Shown: in pieces, positions 57,271 to 64,000 of the stretch
How positions within the stretch are numbered: the first letter of the stretch is position 1
Layout: every line of letters starts with the position of its first letter
IMG/VR virus record: IMGVR_UViG_3300028887_000067
Span: 192,001-256,000 of that record
Strand: one strand, 5' to 3'
Source of the DNA: a virus
Taxonomy: Duplodnaviria; Caudoviricetes
Length of the DNA stretch: 64,000 nt
Program-made: the position numbers and the translations under genes
The notes under the pieces: model-generated
What the model saw: only the letters and a program-made list of their open reading frames with translations
What the model was told of the DNA's origin: nothing
The model's database searches: none

Positions 57271-57461
57271 GCCGAAAATATAGCTAAATGTCCATAAAAA
57301 GCGAAATCCATCGCGTTTGCGATGGATTGCCCCTTGTGCTTCTCTTTCCTCGTGTACTTCGATTTTAGCTGTACCACCCTTGTTCGAAGGGTGGCGCCGT
57401 TGCTGGTTCCGGCAACCCTCGCCATGCGCTGTCGCGCCGTTTCGGTAGCTTTCGTCTTCAT
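57267..57461 (-). CDS. ArfA-like (alternative ribosome-rescue factor-like) small basic protein
   Basis: GAGGA RBS; 'LRTRVVQLKSKYTRKEKHK' matches the ArfA F/LRxRV...YxRKxKH pattern; terminator hairpin lies before the stop codon. Confidence 0.6.
   Translation of the reverse strand: MKTKATETARQRMARVAGTSNGATLRTRVVQLKSKYTRKEKHKGQSIANAMDFAFYGHLAIFSA
57296..57333 (-). terminator. Intrinsic terminator inside the ArfA-like ORF
   Basis: AATCCATCGC-AAAC-GCGATGGATT, then TCGC-TTTTT on the minus strand, about 9-10 codons before the TGA. Confidence 0.65.
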
Positions 57462-57527
57462 ATTGCTTTCCTCGCGTTGATACAAGTTTAGCAATTTGCT
57501 ATATTTCGGTCAACCAAAGAGGATCCG

Positions 57528-58010
57528 ATGGACACGAAAGACACACTCAAGCTCAGCAACCTGTATAACGCTAAAAACCTGACTACCTTGGTCGGCGACC
57601 AACTCAAGGCGCTGAAGACGTACGACCCGCGCAAGTTCGCCCAGGTAATCGAGAACCAGCTGTGCCTGAACAGCGGAAACATGCCGAAGGCGTTCAAGGA
57701 CGTGCTCAAGTTCAACGTACCCATACTGCAGTCCGAGCTGAAGCCTTACGTGTATGAAGATAAGTTCGGCCGTGGCACCGTGCCGACTGACACTTATTTC
57801 GTCAAGAGCTGTGGAAAGGTCAGCGCGATTATCAAGATCATCGGCGGGGAGACCGGCATCGGGACGGTCAGCCCGTCGAAAATACCCGATGACGTGTACG
57901 TGTATACGGTCGGGGAAATCAGCGAGAAGGTGGTCGCCACCATCAAGCTGTTCACCGACGAGATCGAACGTCTCCGCGCCGAGGAACGGGTGAAGAAGGA
58001 ACAGGATTGA
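57528..58010 (+). CDS. Hypothetical protein
   Basis: TTTGCTATATTT promoter motif and GAGGA RBS. Confidence 0.7.
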   Translation: MDTKDTLKLSNLYNAKNLTTLVGDQLKALKTYDPRKFAQVIENQLCLNSGNMPKAFKDVLKFNVPILQSELKPYVYEDKFGRGTVPTDTYFVKSCGKVSAIIKIIGGETGIGTVSPSKIPDDVYVYTVGEISEKVVATIKLFTDEIERLRAEERVKKEQD

Positions 58011-58495
58011 TGAGAACCATCGGCTTGTGCGCACTTGCGGCCGTGCTCGTTGCCATTTCGGTGAAGAACGCATTCCGCGACTTCGTCCGCAAGTGCAACG
58101 GCATGATTCGTCTGGTGGCGTGCGCCGGCGGGTCCTATATGTTGTTAAGGTGCGTCGTGTTTCACGCCGACCCCTATCACTCGGCGATCGTATATGTCGC
58201 GTTGAGCGAGACGGAATGTAAATCTGTGATACAGGATATGTGTGACAAGTACCCGAAGGTATTCGAATATGATGACATACTCGGCATTAAACGGTCCCGG
58301 CTCAAGACAAGCGGGTTTTTTATCTCGCCGAATGCGAAATTGAAGCAGACGATTCCTGATTGGGACGACTTCAGACATTTCCTAAAAAGCCTCAACAATG
58401 TCCCACCCTTCTGGCGCAATCCCGTGCCTGTAGACGACATTATCAGTGATTTCAAGTCACGATGGAAACAAACTATTATAAAATATGGAACATAA
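58010..58495 (+). CDS. Membrane-anchored hypothetical protein
   Basis: TGATG overlap; hydrophobic N-terminus. Confidence 0.55.
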   Translation: MRTIGLCALAAVLVAISVKNAFRDFVRKCNGMIRLVACAGGSYMLLRCVVFHADPYHSAIVYVALSETECKSVIQDMCDKYPKVFEYDDILGIKRSRLKTSGFFISPNAKLKQTIPDWDDFRHFLKSLNNVPPFWRNPVPVDDIISDFKSRWKQTIIKYGT

Positions 58496-58504
58496 GGAGA
58501 TCAT

Positions 58505-59896
58505 ATGACAAAGCGCATATCAGAATCCGTAATCGCCAAGGCGAGACGTACGATTGGGCACCGCTCGGGCCGCGCCACTTCGGTGAGCCCGCGCCTTCCT
58601 AAGCAGTACAAGAAGAAGAACCCGAGCAAGTGGATAATCCACCACTTGACCCAGACGGACCTGTACAAGTATTCAATGGGCCAGCTATACTTCCACAAGC
58701 ACCGCAACGTGCAGGCCCGCTGGGAGTTCAAGCTGCGTTCCAAGGGGGTCCGTCTCGACCACCTTTACGAGGCGATCAACCTCGAGCTCGACCACCTCTG
58801 CACGCTTCGCTACACCATGACTGAACTGAACGGGCTCCGCGTAGTCGGCCCGTGGCTCGCTGAGGACTTCGTCCGTTACCTGAAACTCGTCCAGCTCAAC
58901 CGCGAGTACATCCATTGCGAATACGACCCCGATGACGAGTGTGGTCTCAAGATATGGGCCGAGGGACCGCAGATGGACGTGTTCTGGTTTGAGATTTACT
59001 GCCTCCAGATTGTCCAGCACCTCTATTTTGATGACCTTGAGATCGACTGGGACGCTTCCAAGGCAGCTCTCGACGAAGCTATCCAAAAGTGGAAGGCCGC
59101 CGCCGAACGCGGTATCAAGTTCACCATCTCTGACTTCGGTATCCGTCGCAGCGTCGACGACAATTGGAACGAGTATATGGTGTCCACCATGTTGAAGGAA
59201 CTCCCCGGCGTATTTGTCGGCACCTCCAACGTTTACCTCGCAATCAAGCTGGGATGCAAGGCCATCGGAACTTTCGCCCACGAACTCTACCAGGTTTACC
59301 AGGGCCTCGACTACATCAACCTCCGCATGTTCCAGGTTGCCGTGTTCGAGGACTGGATGCACGAGTTCGGCGGTGACCTCGGTATCGCTCTCTCCGACAT
59401 CGTCGGCTTCAAGGCATTCCTCGCCGACTTCGGTGGCGACGACCCGCGTGGCAAGCTCTACGCTAAGGTGTTCGACGGATGCCGTCACGATTCCGGCGAC
59501 CCGTACACGTGGGGAGAGATGCTAATTGCGCATTACCGGAAGTTGAAGATTCTGCCCGAGACTAAGATCGGCTGCTGGAGCGACTCCCTCAACGTCGACA
59601 AGTCCATCGCCATCGCGGAACACTTCAATCTCCGCATCAAGATCGCTTTCGGAATCGGCCAGTTCCTCTGCGCGAGCCTCTTGAAATTCAAGAACAATAC
59701 GGACAACCGCAAGCCGCTTTCCATGGTGATGAAGGTCGTCATGATCAAGGCGCACGACAAGGCCCCGTGGGTATGGGTCGTCAAGCTGTCCGACTCGGTC
59801 GGAAAGACGATGTGCCCCGACCAGGAGCGCATCGACCTGATCAAGCGTACGTTCAACTACAGTTCGATTGACGACGACCCCCCGAGCTGCCAATAA
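58505..59896 (+). CDS. pncB: Nicotinate phosphoribosyltransferase
   Basis: TDLYKYSM, DFG.RR, GTSNV, GTFAHE (phospho-His), R.DSGDP, SDSL, FGIG, V.K, KLSD..GK. This is the enterobacterial-type PncB signature rather than the NAMPT TDSYK/DFG.RG. Confidence 0.9.
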   Translation: MTKRISESVIAKARRTIGHRSGRATSVSPRLPKQYKKKNPSKWIIHHLTQTDLYKYSMGQLYFHKHRNVQARWEFKLRSKGVRLDHLYEAINLELDHLCTLRYTMTELNGLRVVGPWLAEDFVRYLKLVQLNREYIHCEYDPDDECGLKIWAEGPQMDVFWFEIYCLQIVQHLYFDDLEIDWDASKAALDEAIQKWKAAAERGIKFTISDFGIRRSVDDNWNEYMVSTMLKELPGVFVGTSNVYLAIKLGCKAIGTFAHELYQVYQGLDYINLRMFQVAVFEDWMHEFGGDLGIALSDIVGFKAFLADFGGDDPRGKLYAKVFDGCRHDSGDPYTWGEMLIAHYRKLKILPETKIGCWSDSLNVDKSIAIAEHFNLRIKIAFGIGQFLCASLLKFKNNTDNRKPLSMVMKVVMIKAHDKAPWVWVVKLSDSVGKTMCPDQERIDLIKRTFNYSSIDDDPPSCQ

Positions 59897-59905
59897 CTTG
59901 TTAAC

Positions 59906-59947
59906 CAAAGAATCCAGTTGCCACGCGACTGGATTCTTTGCTATATT
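59906..59947 (+). promoter_or_regulatory. 15-bp inverted repeat overlapping a TTGCCA-N18-TATATT promoter
   Basis: CAAAGAATCCAGTTG-CCACG-CGACTGGATTCTTTG immediately followed by C-TATATT-N6-ATG. Confidence 0.65.
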
Positions 59948-59953
59948 TTTCGC

Positions 59954-61081
59954 ATGGCATCCATTACATTTATTTATGGCGGCGCGTTTGACCCGATTAC
60001 CATCGGTCACGAGAGCATCATCTACAACTTGACGCTTTACATCGACTCCATCATCGGAAAAGACAAATTTGATAGTGTCCACCGGATTATCGCCGTGACG
60101 GCGAACGACGAGAAGAGCTATCACTTATCGCTGAAGCATCGCATGGAGATGGTTCAAATCGCCATCCCGGAGGCGCTGGGGTGGAAAGTTGTCGAGCAGG
60201 AAACCCGCATGGCGGATTTCGTACGGAACCTGCGCAAAGAACAGCAGACCCCCGAAGATAGCATACCCGGTCCCTTGTTCGTCATTGCCCTCGGTTACGA
60301 TGAATGGGAAGACTTGAAACATAACAAGTGGGTCGACTCCGATTTCCTCTTGCACAATTGCTCGTTCATCGTCGTGGATCGCCCTGATGTGCATAGCAAG
60401 TATACCCGTCAAGACGAGACCGGTTACTCGGTCACGCATGTTAAATGGGGCGTGCCCTGCGTATCCTCGACACAGGTCAGAAACGATATGCGGAATACTC
60501 CGCTGTATGCCGGCAAGGACGTATCCATTCCCGTTTCGATGTACCTCCGCGGCCACCACCTGCTCGGCCAGACTACGGCGGTCGAGTACGAGGAGATAGA
60601 GAACGAAGGAATCAATTCCTATAACCCGAAAGACTTCCCGAAGCCGTCGGTCACGGCCACCACCCTTATTATGTTTAAGGATCGTGTGCTTCTTGTTCGG
60701 AGGAAGAATTTTCCCGACCACGACATGTGGTGCTTTCCGGGAGGCTTCGCCAACCCGCACGAGAATATCGAGACGGTCGGGGCTCGCGAGGTGTTCGAAG
60801 AGACCCAGATTTCCATACCAGAGGACAAAATCATCCAGCTCGGCGTGTTCACTCCCGACGACCCGCGCATCTGGAAGTTCGAAAAGTTCTGGTCGTACGA
60901 CGTTGCCCTTTGGGCGGACGTGTCGTTCCATCAAAACACTAACTTACTTGAGCCGAGGGCGGCCGACGACGCCAAGGACGCCTGCTGGTTCCCTATAAAG
61001 GAAGTCAGGGGCATGCAGTTGGCGTTCCACCACAACAAGATTCTCGAGAAGTTCTTATCCACACATCCCGGTTACGTTTAA
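59954..61081 (+). CDS. nadD: Bifunctional NadD-type nicotinate-nucleotide adenylyltransferase / Nudix ADP-ribose pyrophosphatase
   Basis: YGGAFDPITIGH, 'LGYD...L...W', 'FIVVDRP', VSSTQVR; then 'PSVT', 'W.FPGGF....E......AREVFEET', ADDA..A.W, LAF.H. Confidence 0.88.
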   Translation: MASITFIYGGAFDPITIGHESIIYNLTLYIDSIIGKDKFDSVHRIIAVTANDEKSYHLSLKHRMEMVQIAIPEALGWKVVEQETRMADFVRNLRKEQQTPEDSIPGPLFVIALGYDEWEDLKHNKWVDSDFLLHNCSFIVVDRPDVHSKYTRQDETGYSVTHVKWGVPCVSSTQVRNDMRNTPLYAGKDVSIPVSMYLRGHHLLGQTTAVEYEEIENEGINSYNPKDFPKPSVTATTLIMFKDRVLLVRRKNFPDHDMWCFPGGFANPHENIETVGAREVFEETQISIPEDKIIQLGVFTPDDPRIWKFEKFWSYDVALWADVSFHQNTNLLEPRAADDAKDACWFPIKEVRGMQLAFHHNKILEKFLSTHPGYV

Positions 61082-61111
61082 ACCGGCATACAGCCAAAAG
61101 GAAAAACAACC

Positions 61112-61738
61112 ATGATTCAGAAAGATTCCTACGATTTCCTCGAAGTCACCGACTGGCAGGGCGACTTCAACGATGGTGCCCTCAAGAATGACGCCGCTAT
61201 CGCGAAGGAAGATGCAGTCATCGCCGAAATCGACAACTTCGAAGGCGATGTCCTAATTGCAACCCGCGATACCCATGACAAGGACACATACGGCGATTCC
61301 GTCGAAGGACAGAACCTCCCGATTCACTGCGTAAGGGGCACTCCCGGCTGGGAAATCACCCCCCGTGTACAGGAAGCTCTCGATCGGGCGAAGGCCGCCG
61401 GAAAGACGGTCAAGTATGTCGACAAGTCGACATTCGGTTTCCTCGGCTGGCCGAAGGTACTGTTCGATATCGACAGCACCGACCAGGAAGCCGTACACGC
61501 GCTTCTCCGTGGCAAGAAGATCCGCATCCGCATCATCGGTACCTGTTCCAACATCTGCAACATGAGCGCTGCCGTAATCCAACGCGCCTGGTTCCCGATG
61601 GCCGATATTGAATTTGTCGATGGCGCATCCGCACCTTCCGGCCTTACGTCTAAGGAAGTTGAGGATAACCAGAAAGCCGCGTTGACCATCGCGGCAAGTA
61701 TGCTCTGTAAGGTTGTCCCCACGGTCTACAAGGGTTAA
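61112..61738 (+). CDS. pncA: Nicotinamidase (isochorismatase family)
   Basis: D.Q.DF..GAL, TRDTH, P.HC..GT.GW, K.TF, G..S.IC: Asp-Lys-Cys triad plus metal Asp/His/His. Confidence 0.88.
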   Translation: MIQKDSYDFLEVTDWQGDFNDGALKNDAAIAKEDAVIAEIDNFEGDVLIATRDTHDKDTYGDSVEGQNLPIHCVRGTPGWEITPRVQEALDRAKAAGKTVKYVDKSTFGFLGWPKVLFDIDSTDQEAVHALLRGKKIRIRIIGTCSNICNMSAAVIQRAWFPMADIEFVDGASAPSGLTSKEVEDNQKAALTIAASMLCKVVPTVYKG

Positions 61739-61741
61739 GAT

Positions 61742-62545
61742 ATGCCGGGCAAAGACGTAGTTCAGTTTACGCAGATAAGCGACATCCACCTCGGCGGGGA
61801 TTACAAAGGATTTTTCCCCGTAGAGGAAAACTTCAAGCAGGTTCTCGACTGGGCGCCGGCGGACTCCTACCTCATTATCACGGGAGACCTTGCCGACAAC
61901 AACCACCGCGAACACTACGAGCGCATCAAGCGTGACGTCGAGGCTAAGTTCAATGACCGGTACTCGGTCTTGCCGGGAAACCACGACGACGTAAATGTAC
62001 TGAACGAAGTCTTTGCCGGCCATACGAGCTCCTTTGTATACAGGGGTGTCCCGGTGTCTCTAATCCCGACTATATGGGACGAGTCCGCAGGGAGCGAGTT
62101 CGGCGTAGGGATGGATTTCTTTGACGACTACGATATGTTGCCCGGTTCGATAGTGTTCACCCACTACCCCGTGTTCGACACGTCGCACAAGTTCATGAAC
62201 AAGCACGCGCTGTCCCAGCCAGGAAAGCAACGCATCCGTAACCTGATGGAAAAAACGAAGTCCTCCTTGCTGTTCTGTGGCCATTTTCACGATTGTTGCA
62301 AGTCAGAAATCACCAACACGGTAACTGAAACGCACGATATGGGTCATACCGAGGTCAGGAACGGGACTGAATTTGTCCAGTACATCTGTCCCGCGACGCA
62401 GTGCCAGATCGACCCGTTGTCGGATATGTTCGTATGTTCGAGCAAGAAACCGAACGGGTTTACCATAAACGTCTATGTCGACACGCCGACTCCGCAATCC
62501 GTTATACGCCGTTCCGATGTCGGCGTCCGTCGTTTCGTAATTTGA
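61742..62545 (+). CDS. CpdA/Icc-like metallophosphoesterase (cyclic-nucleotide phosphodiesterase-like)
   Basis: QISDIHL, ITGDLAD, PGNHD, THYP, CGHFH, 'CPAT..Q'. Confidence 0.82.
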   Translation: MPGKDVVQFTQISDIHLGGDYKGFFPVEENFKQVLDWAPADSYLIITGDLADNNHREHYERIKRDVEAKFNDRYSVLPGNHDDVNVLNEVFAGHTSSFVYRGVPVSLIPTIWDESAGSEFGVGMDFFDDYDMLPGSIVFTHYPVFDTSHKFMNKHALSQPGKQRIRNLMEKTKSSLLFCGHFHDCCKSEITNTVTETHDMGHTEVRNGTEFVQYICPATQCQIDPLSDMFVCSSKKPNGFTINVYVDTPTPQSVIRRSDVGVRRFVI

Positions 62546-62550
62546 ACGCC

Positions 62551-63012
62551 ATGATGAATAATCCGCTTATCGAAAATGAAATCTATGAGCTTCCACGATA
62601 TCCCCATACGGAGGCCGTATTCATTGTTCCTAAAGACGGGATGTACGAGATAACCAAATTCAATACGTTTAGGCTAGAAAATGACCAAAAACCAGTCTTG
62701 GTCGACAGCCTCTACGACGCATGTTGTCTTGTAACAGAGTATCTAAATTTCATTGCGCGTGAATTTCTTCATCCGCATACCGAGTTGTACGACTATTCCG
62801 GAAAACAGGTGTACTTCATACGGAATGCGCAATATGCGCTGGTTCCTGACTTCAATAAGGATGGCGGATGGCGGGTGTTCGACTTTGTCGGGCTGAACAC
62901 GATTTCGTTCAATACATATACCGAAGCGAAGGACGCGCTAAATACGCTGATGAGTGTTGTCTCTCGGAAAGACGACGTGTTCGTCGCCGCTCCGGGATGT
63001 TCTTTGAAATGA
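62551..63012 (+). CDS. Hypothetical protein
   Basis: ORF in operon orientation. Confidence 0.55.
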   Translation: MMNNPLIENEIYELPRYPHTEAVFIVPKDGMYEITKFNTFRLENDQKPVLVDSLYDACCLVTEYLNFIAREFLHPHTELYDYSGKQVYFIRNAQYALVPDFNKDGGWRVFDFVGLNTISFNTYTEAKDALNTLMSVVSRKDDVFVAAPGCSLK

Positions 63013-63022
63013 AGAGGATGCA

Positions 63023-63319
63023 ATGAGTAGCCCGCATGTATGTTCTAAGATTTCCTACGTGGTTATTAGCGCACAAGTCAAGGAGTTCCTCTGGTTCGGT
63101 ACAACCTATCACGGCGTCGGGCTCGACTCGCTGAGCGCATATTCTGACCTTATGACGTGCTTGACCGACTTCGACAAACGTCATGCCGATTACCGAATAA
63201 AGGTAATGTATATTGATACAGTGGGTAAGGCGAGAACCTTATGGCGTACTCGGCCGATGACGTTCGACTTTATTAAACGTCTTGCTACCGAAAACTGGAG
63301 CAAGAAGGACCACAATTGA
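63023..63319 (+). CDS. Hypothetical protein
   Basis: GAGGA RBS. Confidence 0.55.
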   Translation: MSSPHVCSKISYVVISAQVKEFLWFGTTYHGVGLDSLSAYSDLMTCLTDFDKRHADYRIKVMYIDTVGKARTLWRTRPMTFDFIKRLATENWSKKDHN

Positions 63320-63675
63320 AATTCTCTCCGATAAAAGATGATTCCATTGGATTCAAGCACGTCAACGGTGTCTATTTCGCCGGCTCTCTGCAACAGAAGC
63401 TCTGTACCGACCTGGTCGACATATCCGAGGTCGACATCGATCTTTTCAAGGTATTGATAAATGGCGGCAACGGCATAAACGGTCTCTCCGTCGAGGTGGA
63501 AGGATTTGATGGAGACGCCGTTCTGTATGCGTGGAAATCCAACCGAGGCGTAGTAATGATTTGCAATCCCGGATTCGAGGCTTTGTGGTTCCGTGGATTC
63601 ATCGTCGACAAGTCCGACAAGGATGCAGTTGAATACGCGTCGAAATGTTTCGAGGAAAAGAGACAAATTTTGTAA
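63316..63675 (+). CDS. Hypothetical protein
   Basis: AAGGA RBS; TTG start overlapping the previous stop. Confidence 0.55.
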   Translation: MKFSPIKDDSIGFKHVNGVYFAGSLQQKLCTDLVDISEVDIDLFKVLINGGNGINGLSVEVEGFDGDAVLYAWKSNRGVVMICNPGFEALWFRGFIVDKSDKDAVEYASKCFEEKRQIL

Positions 63676-63730
63676 TTGCAAAAAGTTGTCATCAAAATTT
63701 TAATATGCTATATTTAGGCGCGAGGTTAGT

Positions 63731-64000
63731 ATGAGCTGGACAGACTTGACTAAAAGACTGAAGGACATTGGCATCCATACAGCAGCGGACGGCGTCGGAA
63801 ATTATGGGTTTTCGTATAACGGGTATCACCTCGGCGGATATACAGATGGCGACCCGTATGTCACGTTCGCTACCGACTGGAAACGCAACGACAATGACAA
63901 ATACTCGTTCGCATCCCCTGAATACATCATGTCCGTCGATACGAAGAAATACAAGTGCGCCGATTTCGACAAACTCTCGGACGACGAGGTAATCAACATT
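63731..64000 (+). CDS. Hypothetical protein (runs off the window end)
   Basis: TGCTATATTT promoter motif and GAGG RBS; ATG AGC TGG... open to 64000. Confidence 0.55.
   Translation, partial: MSWTDLTKRLKDIGIHTAADGVGNYGFSYNGYHLGGYTDGDPYVTFATDWKRNDNDKYSFASPEYIMSVDTKKYKCADFDKLSDDEVINI

Noticed and set aside
58505-59896. Calling the PRTase NAMPT (NARP2)
   Set aside because: Motifs TDLYK, DFG.RR, GTSN and GT.AHE fit PncB, and the neighbouring nicotinamidase would consume NAMPT's substrate.
1-64000. Stop-codon reassignment as seen in some gut jumbo phages
   Set aside because: Genes are intact in code 11, and TAG, TGA and TAA all end recognisable proteins at the expected places.
1-64000. CRISPR array, tRNA or rRNA genes, DGR or retron
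   Set aside because: No regularly spaced direct repeats, cloverleafs, reverse transcriptase or TR/VR pair seen by eye.

Overview
This 64-kb window looks like part of a large (jumbo/T4-like) tailed-phage genome in the standard genetic code. Codon usage is GC-rich, with lower-GC tail-fibre, intein and TnpB segments. The host is unknown; a gut/rumen anaerobe such as Fibrobacter or Bacteroidales is only a guess. Contents: three tail-fibre/adhesin genes at the left end; phoH; Dda/RecD-like helicase; an IF3 with a duplicated N-domain; NAD-dependent DNA ligase; thyX; dut; clpP; patatin; lytic transglycosylase and amidase; an intein-containing C5 DNA methyltransferase; glycosyltransferases plus UDP-galactopyranose mutase; a PspA-like/P-type Ca2+-ATPase/3x TerD operon; two TnpB elements; a PnuC-kinase operon; and a pncB, nadD-Nudix, pncA, phosphodiesterase cluster. 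Strongest candidates for undescribed biology: (1) a deamidating (Preiss-Handler type) NAD+ reconstitution pathway distinct from NARP1 and NARP2; (2) a translation-takeover set, with about 10 apparently leaderless genes (TATATT-N6/7-start), a tandem-N-domain IF3 and an ArfA-like gene with a terminator before its stop codon; (3) a ~540-nt highly structured non-coding RNA behind a near-consensus sigma70 promoter at 9605-10145. No tRNA, rRNA or CRISPR array was seen. All family calls come from motif recognition by eye; no database search was run.
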